From Eledone cirrhosa (Eukaryota): a stretch of DNA of 64,000 bases. A program made the translations under genes and the position numbers. Every line of letters begins with the position of its first letter. Position 1 is the stretch's first letter. The notes under the pieces are model-generated. The model worked only from the letters and a program-made list of their open reading frames with translations. It searched no databases and was not told the DNA's origin. Positions 1 to 11,602 of the stretch are shown piece by piece. The stretch covers positions 59,830,001-59,894,000 of the forward strand of contig OZ024746.1 of the NCBI GenBank assembly GCA_964016885.1, given 5' to 3'.

Positions 1-689
1 TATCGTCAGCAACGTATACCTTCCTGCCAGATGATTGAACGTCTGAAAGTATATACTTTCCTTATGCATATTAACGACTGAGCAGCCTAATTTGCATATC
101 GAATGAGTTAATCGGCCGGGTTACCGAAAACGATAAACGGAAAAAATGAAACGAAATTTCATTTCTCACTCTTAGTACGGCTGTTACTTAAATGTAAGTA
201 TGTATACGTACATACATATATGTATACAGACGTACAGTAGTATGTATATATATATATACATACATGCACACATATATATATGTACGTATCCATACATACC
301 CTGAAAAAGAAAGTGCCCTAAAACGGGATTAAATGACGCAAAATGGGGGGATTTTACATAATGAAAGGCTATGACCACTTTCACAAGAGAAGACATCACT
401 CAGCCACCCCAAATTAGGTGGGAGATCTCCCCCGTCTGACGGGGATAGTATAGCAATACATCTCCTACATTGATATTTTTCCTCTCCTAAATTGATGTTG
501 TTTCCGAAGATCCGACTCTATAGTTGTTTGATATGTGTAGATATAGTTGCATTTGTTTAAATGTTTACATCCATTTTCGTTCTTATGAAACATTACACCG
601 GCTCCGAACACAAGGACATTAAACTCCCACTGTCACCACCTCTGCCTCTCCCGTTTTTCCCATCTCTCATTATTATGAGCAAATGGGAG

Positions 690-890
690 CCCACACGGTG
701 GCCGTCTCGTGGCCCCGGCGGATGGTGAGAGAGAGATGCGCTGGAAGAGCCATTCCAGCTCGCGAGGCTCACACCTGCGGGTAGCCAACTCTGTGCCAAT
801 GGTGGTAAGTAGGGAGTTGGCCCTAGGGCCAAGGACACCAGAAGTCTCCACTGTTACAGTCTTAACTGCAAACCTGTCGCAGAGCGACTG
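690..890 (-). mobile_element. 3' fragment of a CRE-like (restriction-like endonuclease) non-LTR retrotransposon
   Basis: ORF 633..851(-) reads VETSGVLGPRANSLLTTIGTELATRRCEPRELEWLFQRISL. This fits the remembered ET.G..G..A..L...IG..L......RE..L.QRISL C-terminal signature of RLE/CRE-type LINE proteins. GC-rich island in AT-rich DNA. Confidence 0.55.
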
Positions 891-1350
891 AGATTAAGAG
901 AGTTTTATATTTGAAACATTGGATTTAACATATGGATTTAATTTCCATATACTCGTTCGTATCTTACTAAAATGATGAAATAATCCTTATCTGTTATTTT
1001 CTACACTTGGAAAAACGTACGTAAAACAAATAAAATGTTATAATTCTTGCAAGAATCTTGTTTATTATTCATGCTCTGTGATTTGACATTTGTACAATTT
1101 TTGGATTTTTACCCTATGGAATACACGTTGGATGAATTTGTTCTAAATATTTGCGAATCGTATATACACGTTGAACTGTAAATCTTCTTGACATTTCAAC
1201 AAGATGATTTCTCAACAAATTAACTTATATATATATATAGAGAGAGGGGGGGGGGGATAGAGACAGAGAGAGTAGGGAGAGGGTGGGGGTTCTGTAATGT
1301 CCTTCAACTATCAAAAAGTCTGTCAGTAACTGCGATCCAATCGGCTGCAG

Positions 1351-1381
1351 CTACTACTACTACTGCCAATACTACTACTAC

Positions 1382-1445
<64 letters not shown>

Positions 1446-1599
1446 CGTGCCAACCTTAACAGTAAAAAGACACAGAATCATGAAATGTCATAGAAACTAA
1501 GACAAGATTTTTTTTTTTTTGTCTCTCAAAGGTTCCAGTTTTCTTCACTGAAATAATGCCACATCTTCTTCTCCTTCGCTGTCTTCTTCTTCTTCTTCC

Positions 1600-1630
<31 letters not shown>

Positions 1631-1765
1631 CTTCTTCTTCTTCTTCGCTGTCTTCTTCTTCTTCTTCTTCTTCTTCTTCGCCTCCTCCTCCTCCTCCTCC
1701 TCATTCTACTTCTTCTTCTCATCCCCCTCCTCCTCCTCCTCCTCATTCTCCTTCTTCTTCTCATC
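1351..1765. repeat. (CTA/TAG)n and (CTT/CCT)n trinucleotide microsatellites
   Basis: Directly visible; these explain the poly-R and poly-L ORFs. Confidence 0.95.
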
Positions 1766-1949
1766 CTCTCCCTCCTTCAGTCTCTATCTAATCTCTCACT
1801 TCACACTTCTTACTTGATTTCCTTATCTATATTCTCTACAGCAGTTTATTTTATTTTATTTTATTTTATTTATTTCTATATATATTATATATATATTTTA
1901 TCTTCTATTTCTATATACTTTTCCTGCAGCTACTTAATGTTTTGCTATT

Positions 1950-1985
<36 letters not shown>

Positions 1986-2604
1986 ATTGTTATTTTTGTT
2001 TTGTTGGTGTTGTTGTGGGTGGGAAAGGTCTTTGTCTTCTTTCGTTTTTTTTTTAATGCTTTTTTTAGTTGCTGTTGTTTGTTTTTTTGTTGTCGGTGTT
2101 TTTTTTTTTGTTTTTTTGTTTTTTTTTGTTTTTTGTTCACTTCTGTTTTATATATGTATATATATATTTGTTTTTCTTGGTTCTCCGCTCCGCTGGGAGA
2201 CGGTTTTCTACAAGTATGTGTTTAATTTAGTGCAATAACGTGTAAACTTTATGTCCACTCTTGGGAAATTGTGAGAAAACATGAATAGGTCTCTATATTT
2301 GTAAATTAATTCAAAACTAATTAGCAAACACCTTCAGTCCTTGTTATCGTCTATTAGTTGTATTATAGTAAGGCAACGGCGGCGGCGGCGGTGGCGGCGG
2401 TGGGGGTGTTGGTGCTGGTGCTGGTGCTGGTAGTGGTGCTGGTGCTGGTAGTGGTGGTAGTGGTGGTAGGATTTAAAATAGAGTCTCTTCTTCTTCTCGT
2501 CTCCGCCTCGTCTCCACCTCAGTCACATCGTTTTGTTCCGTGTGAGATTGATGTGTTCGATAGTCTGAAGTTTGATATTGCCTTGTAGTTGTGTGATGCA
2601 GAAT

Positions 2605-2619
2605 GATAGACAGACAGAC

Positions 2620-2696
<77 letters not shown>
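2605..2696. repeat. (GATA)n microsatellite
   Basis: Directly visible. Confidence 0.95.
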
Positions 2697-2911
2697 CATG
2701 TTGATGATGGCTTCCTCCTCGTTATCGAGTATGGACATTGCACGATATACCATTATTAATAATTATTAATTAATTCTATTGTGCAATGCCTGTGCGTGAA
2801 GATATTTTTTAAAGTGAGATACATACATATGTATTCACAAACATACACAAAGATATATGTATATATATATAAATGGCGTAGACATACAATACAACAGGAG
2901 GAACATAATAG

Positions 2912-2955
2912 TACCACTGATGATGTTGCAGATGTGCAACGAAAGAACTTTGTTA
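2912..2955 (+). ncRNA. minimal type-I hammerhead ribozyme (family A)
   Basis: tacca-CTGATGA-t-gttgca[gatg]tgcaac-GAAA-gaac-TT-tgtta: full catalytic core, 6-bp stem II, imperfect stem I. Confidence 0.7.
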
Positions 2956-3160
2956 GACTATATATATATGTGTTTATATCTATATTCTATCTGTATTTTT
3001 TACCGTTGGTCAGTCAATGAAAAACATTGAGCACCAAATGAATTAAGTGTGGAGATATAAAAGATACAGAAGCGAAAACCGACCAAACAGTGAGTGTGTT
3101 CTGTTATTATTTCTGGCAATATTATTACAACAATATGACCCTCCCCAAGTATAACAAATG

Positions 3161-3249
<89 letters not shown>

Positions 3250-3330
3250 GTGTGTATACTGGTAGCTATGGTGCTTCCATAGGCGGTATGCCAAAATTAG
3301 CACTCAATATTCATACAGAGCAGAGTGTGA

Positions 3331-3419
3331 ATAGTATAAAAAAACGAAAAATCAGTGCTGCATCTGGACTCAGTTTATTGAACTGAGTCCAGATGCATCA
3401 CTGATTTTTCGTCTTTTTA

Positions 3420-3425
<6 letters not shown>
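3331..3425. repeat. fold-back hairpin, 45-bp arms, 5-nt loop
   Basis: 3331-3375 is the reverse complement of 3381-3425 with 2 mismatches; abuts (TA)n. Confidence 0.9.
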
Positions 3426-3482
<57 letters not shown>

Positions 3483-3655
3483 AACAGAGAAAGCCTTAAG
3501 CGATACTCCGACCAACTCCATCTCACTCAACAGACATTAGGATATACTTAAGTATTATCCCAATTTAGTGTTTGGGGTGCTAACTAATCAGTATTTCGTG
3601 GATAGCTGGTTGTATTATTTTATATGAGACATTATTAAATAAATATCCCTTTCCT

Positions 3656-3778
3656 TCCAGACGGCCGTTTCATTATAAGATTTCTACAATTTGGGATAAA
3701 TAATTTTCAGGTTATGTAGAAACTTGTATATAATCCATATTTTATACACAGGCGGGCTCTTATAAACTCATCAGTGGA
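3656..3778 (-). ncRNA. type-I hammerhead ribozyme with branched, extended stem II (family B)
   Basis: Minus strand: tcca-CTGATGA-gtttataaga...(two internal hairpins)...tcttataat-GAAA-cggccg-TC-tgga. Palindromic stem III and GUC cleavage triplet. Lies in a ~460-bp cassette (3479-3938) bounded by (TA)n on both sides. Confidence 0.75.
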
Positions 3779-3934
3779 TGCCCAAATAATATCGATATAA
3801 GAATTATATATTTATATATATAAAAGGGCGATTTGTTTTGTCTTCGTTACATTTATTGAGTAGTGGCGCGCGTTTCGCTATTGGTCAACTCAAGGTTCAG
3901 TCTGTATCTGTCTGACCCGATTCTCGATGTTACA

Positions 3935-4009
<75 letters not shown>

Positions 4010-4123
4010 CAAACCACAAACCCATCTCAATTCTCCTTTTGAAAAGCATAAGAACTGTGAAACCGGTAAAGGAAATAAATATTGTTAAAAAGTCTCCAGT
4101 TGCATTTTCGACTTTTCCTTATA

Positions 4124-4155
4124 TGTGTGTGTGCGTGCGTGTGTGTGTGTGTGTG

Positions 4156-4240
<85 letters not shown>
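4124..4240. repeat. (GT)n microsatellite
   Basis: Directly visible. Confidence 0.95.
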
Positions 4241-4244
<4 letters not shown>

Positions 4245-4579
4245 GGTAAACAGAAATAACAACACAATCTGTGCAGTATATGGAAGGATATATTAGGTTA
4301 ACGCTTGATATAGCAGGAAGAGGGCCTTAACGGACGCCAGTCCTTCATCAGAAGAAAGAATGAGAAATAAGACAGATTGAGGGGACGGGCGGGTTGGAAT
4401 TGGAAAAAAGTCTTTAAATAAAAATAACAGGTCCATTCATGAGTGTAACATTTCACTATTTTCATTGGTAAGATGAGGTAAGCTCGATGCACTTTTTTTA
4501 CCCTTCGTTCTTCGAGAGCGAACATAAACTAGATAGATAAAGGGCAGTTATAGTAGCTGATTATGTGGGATATATATAT

Positions 4580-4708
4580 AACAACAAAGAAGGTGTGGTA
4601 AGATACGAGGTGGAACATAACGCACCAGTGTGCTCGATACTTAGGGTAGTAGAGTGGGTAATAAGAAAAATGTCAGCCCCGACGGCTGAGCTCCGGCCGT
4701 TTCGACAG

Positions 4709-4710
<2 letters not shown>
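4580..4710 (-). mobile_element. terminal (pLTR) fragment of the PLE family at 27691-30277, with a truncated hammerhead
   Basis: Shares ataacgcacca...atacttagg and ccccgacggctgagct...gccgtttcgac with 27691-27800; related pieces at 21866-21943 and 49798-49910; bounded by (TA)n. Confidence 0.65.
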
Positions 4711-4741
<31 letters not shown>

Positions 4742-4744
<3 letters not shown>

Positions 4745-4932
4745 ATTAAAGTAATTCCAACTTTGTCTGATTTACTCGTTTTATTTACAATCATTTAAAA
4801 TTTATAATGGTATTAGAATGAAATAGTATAGTAGAATATTAAATGTTAAGTGTTAATTGAACAAGTACTTTCATGCTTTCGCAATCTTCAGGTTCATATT
4901 CTGTGGCGACAGTCAAGTTTGCAATTTTCAAC

Positions 4933-4937
<5 letters not shown>
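4742..4937. repeat. dispersed ~195-bp repeat, second copy at ~24405-24598
   Basis: aattccaactttgtctgatttactcg...caattttcaacttata is near-identical at both loci; both are flanked by (TA)n. Confidence 0.85.
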
Positions 4938-4977
<40 letters not shown>

Positions 4978-5185
4978 CGTTTCTGAATTTGTTTAGCAAG
5001 ATTCTTTATCTGAAAATGTGTGTTGAAACCGATATTGTTATACTTTGGGAGGGTCATGTTGCCAATAAGAAACACACGCACCAGTTGCTTTCACTTCAAT
5101 TTATTATAATAAATTTATAAATTTAGGAATTCATAAATTTCTGGTTGGTTGGTTGGTTCCACAACCAGATGATTGTTTATATATT

Positions 5186-5228
5186 GTCAAAGTTCTTTCG
5201 TCACACATTCTGTGACCTCTTCAGTGAC
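5186..5228 (-). ncRNA. minimal type-I hammerhead ribozyme (family A)
   Basis: Reverse complement of the 5283-5325 motif. Confidence 0.75.
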
Positions 5229-5282
5229 TGGGGATTCTTTTCTTTGTTTTTGTGCCTCTCCTTTGTTCTGTCCTACCCATCA

Positions 5283-5325
5283 GTCACTGAAGAGGTCACA
5301 GAATGTGTGACGAAAGAACTTTGAC
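5283..5325 (+). ncRNA. minimal type-I hammerhead ribozyme (family A)
   Basis: gtca-CTGAAGA-g-gtcaca[gaatg]tgtgac-GAAA-gaac-TT-tgac. Confidence 0.75.
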
Positions 5326-5471
5326 AATATATAAACAATCATCTGGTTGTGGAACCAACCAACCAACCAGAAATTTATAAATTCCTAAATTTATAAATGT
5401 ATTATAATAAATTGAAGAGAAAGCAACTGGTGCGTGTGTTTCTTATTGGCAACATGACCCTCCCAAAGTAT

Positions 5472-5943
<472 letters not shown>

Positions 5944-6144
5944 TTAGTTATACTATTTATGGTTATGTAAACACAAAACCTTAAGCAGTTGTAAGTATTT
6001 TACACACACCCTAAATAGTGGTAGGCAGTAATGTATTACTACCTTATTACCAGTAAGTTAAGTAGCTCAATGTAAAAACATCAGATGATTTACAGAGCAG
6101 TTATATGAAATATATGAATCAAAGAACTGTTCAAAACATTATTG

Positions 6145-6191
6145 TGCTTACAGCTGTTTCCTCCAAACCGAGGTTTGGATTCTTCGGAGCA
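6145..6191 (-). ncRNA. type-I hammerhead ribozyme, CCGAAGA core variant (family C, copy 1)
   Basis: Reverse complement of 15508-15554. Confidence 0.75.
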
Positions 6192-7636
6192 ATTTATTAA
6201 TGCATGGACAGTTATATGACCTCCTTTTCAGCCGAGAGACATACCAATACATATTCAAACATTGATACATATTCAAACATTGTGGGTCAACATTCATTAC
6301 AGAATTTAGAGTGGCAGTACACACTTCGAGATTACATTTATATTAATAGGTACAATCAAAAAAATCAAAGATATAGGTTAAAATACAACATGAAGATAAG
6401 TGGTTATATAGTGCAAATGTTATATGTGTGGCACGCATGTGCGTCTTGTTTATATAGTGTGGCAGAGAGATATGTGTGGTAGAGGCACTTAGGTAGGTAA
6501 ATAAGAGTGTTAGGTTGGTAGATCTGGTGGCAAAGTCTTTATATGATTGATATAGTCTGTGTGTGGAGAAATATTATAAGCATTAAAGATAGTGCAAGCA
6601 TTAAAAGTGTTATAAGTATTGGAGATGCACAGCGCAGGGATGTCAAGTAATTCATGTACTTCGGTATTTTCATGGTCAAGGGAGTGTATATTTCGATTAT
6701 ATGCCTTTCACATAATCCACGACAATCCAGTTAGAGATCGTAGTCTGGTGCTCTTTAGTTCGATACAGGTGGTTGTTACGTTTCGAGAGACGCCATTGAA
6801 TACCGGAAGTGTGTGTGTGGCTAAGGGGAGTTAATGCATGCGGGGAGGTAACTCTGGGGTTTCTATATCTAGCCATTAAAATGTGTCTCAATATAGACCC
6901 TAAATTCTATGGTGAGGTGCACCTTCCAAGAGAGACTTTTAAAGCATAAAGTGTACTAACTATAGAGTAGTTTAACTAAATTATGCTGAAGGTGATCATA
7001 TTATTATTAGGGTGGATTAACCCATCTTAAGGTGCTACAAATGGAAATTATAGATGATGAGCGAGGGTTCTAAATTAATGATCTCTATGGTTGTAGTCTG
7101 CTCATATGACCAGGCGCGGTGATTGCAGGATTGCTTCAGGACCCAATGATCTCTGGTAAGATCCGGGTCATCGCTTGCTACATTGGATGTCGAAAGATAA
7201 TCATCCCCAAGCAGGCCAAAGGTCAAGTCGCAGTCCTCGCGACCCCTCTCTGACCGTCAGATCATCCATATACGTACAACCCGCACGGCAGTTGCATTGC
7301 ATTCACTCACTGCGCTCAGCGGCCTGGTCCTACTGGTCAACAGCGCTACTCGATTAAATCATTTTACATCTGTCTAAGGAAGGTGTTTCCTCTGCCCAAC
7401 ACCATCCAACCGATCAATTGATGCTCAAATTACCCTTAGAGCGGCGTAGTGCCGTCCAGGTGGGTGGATGTTGTCACACCTGCCGTAGAGGTATAAATGG
7501 GTATTTTCCCTGCGAAGGGTTCCAGAGGGATGTCGTTGTTTGTGTTATAATGTATCAGCTAGTGTTGGGTATGTAGTATAGGGTGTGTCTCTGGTGTTTG
7601 ATGCTAGATGTGGTGTTAGGTTCCAGTCCGACATTG

Positions 7637-10096
7637 CTATATATGGGGCTTAAAGTTTTGGAAGGAATGTCTGAGGCGGTGCTGGCAAGTTGCAAACACC
7701 TCAGATTTTTTGTTAAGTAGGTTACGGTTGGAGAAGATAATATTGTGTGTCTCTAGTATACAGAGGTTACAGAATTTATTAGGTGGTTTGTACGAGGTCG
7801 CGCTGCCTATCACTTCCCATTTGAGTGTGTATGGTTTATTTTTAGATTTTAGATAGTGAATGTAGCTAGAAAGTGAGGTGGAGTTGGCTAGGCTGTGCTT
7901 TTTGAACGAGTGGATGTGCGAGTTATATCTAATTTTGAAGCAGTTAGAAGTGGAGCCTACATAGGTTTCTGAAGAGTTATTAGTCGTGACTGTGCATGAG
8001 TATATGACATCCTTGGTTAGGCATTTTTTATCTAAAGGGCAGGTTCTATTAGCTCTACAGTTACAATTATTCTGTGCGTTAGTCCGCTGGTTATAATGCA
8101 ATGCGGAAGTCTGTGTGGTGGGTATAGGATTTTGGGTGTTCAGGTTGACAACCCTGGTGTTATTACTTATACTAGTGTTATTTCCATTGTTACTGCCGTT
8201 GCTATTGTTGCTTGCTACAGTGGTATTTAGAGGGTTTGCATCCCGTTGCGATTTTGTTTGTTGGAAGTAAGAACTAATTTTACTATTATTGCTGCTAGCT
8301 ATGTGGTATGCTAAGTTAGGCGTCGTGGAGTATGAGATTTTAATGGTGTTTTTGTTTAAGAGGTTGTGGTACTTGTGTCCTAGAGGGAAGTTTTTATCTA
8401 GTAGTGAGAAGAAAGCCCTAGGTATGTTGGTGGAGACATTTAGGTTGAAAGGAGGGTTGAAAAATGTATTATTTCTTCTTCTATTTTTGCTTTTAGTGTT
8501 TGGTGTGTTGCTTCCTCCTAAGGCCTCACAGTAGTTTCCATGGTAATGGTTACTTCCGGTGGCACCCTCCGCTTTGGTGTACTTGTGGTTGCTATTCCTA
8601 TTATTAGATTTCCTCATGGACATGTTGTGCGAGATGATGTTGTAGCTATGTGTTTTCTTAGGTAGGAACTCAATTTCTATATTATGGCCGGAGCTAGCTA
8701 ATGCTTGATTGTAATATTGTGAGTTTTTGCTAAATATGTTTGCGTCATAGGACAGACTAGAGATTCTATTGGACACCCCCTTAGAGATAGAGTTTAATAT
8801 TGATCTAGGGTGATTAGACTTGGTATCTACGTAAATAAGTTTCTCATTAGGCTTATGGAAGGGTGTATATATTTTTGAGTCTAGGTATAGTGTGGCGTCT
8901 AGGAAGTTAACATTTTTAGTGTTTTTGTCCATGGTGATACTAAGGTTAAAGTTTTTGAATGTCTTATGCAGTTGTTTTCTAGTTCTTTCTATATTAAATT
9001 TCTTATATTCTATGAGTAGAAGTGCATCATCGCGGTACAAACCACCGTTGAGGTAAGGGAGGTCTTTATGGATTTCATTGAGGAGGTATAGGCCGACCAA
9101 ATCAGTGACCTGCGCCGAGTCACTAGATCCCATGGTTATGTCGAAGTTGTTGTGCGTATCCTTGCGTGTCCATAGTTGGTCCTCGAAGGTGATTATGGTT
9201 TTACGGGCCGCAAGGATGACATCAACCTGGGCTCTAGTCAGGTCGCTATTGGTCATGGCCATGATAAGTGCCTTATTTAATAGGATAGGGGAAATAGAGG
9301 TGTAGTATGAATTGATATCAAATTGAATAAATTTTTTGTTCTTATTATTCTTGATATCCTTAAACCATTCAATTACTTCACCCGTATTTCCCCATTGTTT
9401 AAGGTGTATCTTGTGTTTAATTTGTGGGATGATTTTATCCAAAATCTTCTTGCTGATAATACCAATGTCGGACTTGGAAGGGCAGATAAGTCTTATCGTG
9501 GGGTTGCTGATGAAGTTCTCCTTATGGTCCTTCAGAGAGAATCTAGGGGGGTTCGGAGTGAAAGGTTGTGTATGCCTCTGTAGTCCTAGTTTAGACACTA
9601 TATTATAACCCTCTACATTAATATCTTCTAAGTTTTTCAAGGTGGTTTTTTTGTAGCTTTTATGTAGTTCATTATATATAAACTTTCTATAAGTAATATA
9701 ATCTAGGCTGTATATGTTATTAGTTTTATCTGCGTGTACAATAATTTTATTACTAGTTTTGAATCCACTAATAGAAGTGTTAAGTTTGTTTAAGAAGGTG
9801 TTGCTTCTAATATGGTGCTTATTGTATTTAATGTTCTTAACTAGTTTAACTAGGTCATTTTCAAAGGAGTTAAGTAGAGTGTTATGAGGGGGGCTTTTAA
9901 AGGTTTTAAAGCCGAAGGAGTCAAAATTGTTAGTATTATTCAAGTTGTTAGATTTGTTTCTATCATAATGGAATGTCCTCCATCTCACTCTATTGATAAA
10001 TGAATTTACACTGTTGATCAGCAATTTCTCATATGTATTCTTGGATGGTATTGGTATGTTCTTGGTTGACATGGGGAGTTGGTCTTTGATTAGCAT
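7637..10096 (-). CDS. PLE polyprotein: reverse transcriptase + C-terminal GIY-YIG endonuclease (819 aa, intact)
   Basis: N-terminal STKNIPIPS..RVRW and ADKTNN; RT motifs FIQFDINSYYTSI, ITMGSSDS, GLYRDD, VNFLD; linker FFNPPF and CNCRANRTCPLDKKC; GIY-YIG VIY...YVG..KIRYNSH; C-terminal CNLCILE and CQH. Confidence 0.95.
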   Translation of the reverse strand: MLIKDQLPMSTKNIPIPSKNTYEKLLINSVNSFINRVRWRTFHYDRNKSNNLNNTNNFDSFGFKTFKSPPHNTLLNSFENDLVKLVKNIKYNKHHIRSNTFLNKLNTSISGFKTSNKIIVHADKTNNIYSLDYITYRKFIYNELHKSYKKTTLKNLEDINVEGYNIVSKLGLQRHTQPFTPNPPRFSLKDHKENFISNPTIRLICPSKSDIGIISKKILDKIIPQIKHKIHLKQWGNTGEVIEWFKDIKNNKNKKFIQFDINSYYTSISPILLNKALIMAMTNSDLTRAQVDVILAARKTIITFEDQLWTRKDTHNNFDITMGSSDSAQVTDLVGLYLLNEIHKDLPYLNGGLYRDDALLLIEYKKFNIERTRKQLHKTFKNFNLSITMDKNTKNVNFLDATLYLDSKIYTPFHKPNEKLIYVDTKSNHPRSILNSISKGVSNRISSLSYDANIFSKNSQYYNQALASSGHNIEIEFLPKKTHSYNIISHNMSMRKSNNRNSNHKYTKAEGATGSNHYHGNYCEALGGSNTPNTKSKNRRRNNTFFNPPFNLNVSTNIPRAFFSLLDKNFPLGHKYHNLLNKNTIKISYSTTPNLAYHIASSNNSKISSYFQQTKSQRDANPLNTTVASNNSNGSNNGNNTSISNNTRVVNLNTQNPIPTTQTSALHYNQRTNAQNNCNCRANRTCPLDKKCLTKDVIYSCTVTTNNSSETYVGSTSNCFKIRYNSHIHSFKKHSLANSTSLSSYIHYLKSKNKPYTLKWEVIGSATSYKPPNKFCNLCILETHNIIFSNRNLLNKKSEVFATCQHRLRHSFQNFKPHI

Positions 10097-10345
10097 ATTG
10101 GCAATATTATATGTCAGCTCAACGATATGGAGCAGTTAATAGTATTAGTTATACTATTTATGGTTATGTAAACACAAAACCTTAAGCAGTTGTAAGTATT
10201 TTACACACACCCTAAATAGTGGTAGGCAGTAATGTATTACTACCTTATTACCAGTAAGTTAAGTAGCTCAATGTAAAAACATCAGATGATTTACAGAGCA
10301 GTTATATGAAATATATGAATCAAAGAACTGTTCAAAACATTATTG

Positions 10346-10392
10346 TGCTTACAGCTGTTTCCTCCAAACCGAGGTTTGGATTCTTCGGAGCA
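10346..10392 (-). ncRNA. type-I hammerhead ribozyme, CCGAAGA core variant (family C, copy 2, upstream of the left ORF)
   Basis: Identical to 6145-6191 at offset +4201. Confidence 0.75.
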
Positions 10393-11602
10393 ATTTATTA
10401 ATGCATGGACAGTTATATGACCTCCTTTTCAGCCGAGAGACATACCAATACATATTCAAACATTGATACATATTCAAACATTGTGGGTCAACATTCATTA
10501 CAGAATTTAGAGTGGCAGTACACACTTCGAGATTACATTTATATTAATAGGTACAATCAAAAAAATCAAAGATATAGGTTAAAGTACAACATGAAGATAA
10601 GTGGTTATATAGTGCAAATGTTATATGTGTGGCACGCATGTGCGTCTTGTTTATATAGTGTGGCAGAGAGATATGTGTGGTAGAGGCACTTAGGTAGGTA
10701 AATAAGAGTGTTAGGTTGGTAGATCTGGTGGCAAAGTCTTTATATGATTGATATAGTCTGTGTGTGGAGAAATATTATAAGCATTAAAGATAGTGCAAGC
10801 ATTAAAAGTGTTATAAGTATTGGAGATGCACAGCGCAGGGATGTCAAGTAATTCATGTACTTCGGTATTTTCATGGTCAAGGGAGTGTATATTTCGATTA
10901 TATGCCTTTCACATAATCCACGACAATCCAGTTAGAGATCGTAGTCTGGTGCTCTTTAGTTCGATACAGGTGGTTGTTACGTTTCGAGAGACGCCATTGA
11001 ATACCGGAAGTGTGTGTGTGGCTAAGGGGAGTTAATGCATGCGGGGAGGTAACTCTGGGGTTTCTATATCTAGCCATTAAAATGTGTCTCAATATAGACC
11101 CTAAATTCTATGGTGAGGTGCACCTTCCAAGAGAGACTTTTAAAGCATAAAGTGTACTAACTATAGAGTAGTTTAACTAAATTATGCTGAAGGTGATCAT
11201 ATTATTATTAGGGTGGATTAACCCATCTTAAGGTGCTACAAATGGAAATTATAGATGATGAGCGAGGGTTCTAAATTAATGATCTCTATGGTTGTAGTCT
11301 GCTCATATGACCAGGCGCGGTGATTGCAGGATTGCTTCAGGACCCAATGATCTCTGGTAAGATCCGGGTCATCGCTTGCTACATTGGATGTCGAAAGATA
11401 ATCATCCCCAAGCAGGCCAAAGGTCAAGTCGCAGTCCTCGCGACCCCTCTCTGACCGTCAGATCATCCATATACGTACACTATTTAGGGTGTGTGTAAAA
11501 TACTTACAACTGCTTAAGGTTTTGTGTTTACATAACCATAAATAGTATAACTAATACTATTAACTGCTCCATATCGTTGAGCTGACATATAATATTGCCA
11601 AT

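Noticed and set aside
6204-7357. Triplicated short ORFs (92, 71, 64, 63 and 60 aa) in the PLE UTR
   Set aside because: They recur only because the DNA is duplicated; no motifs, and several have non-ATG starts.
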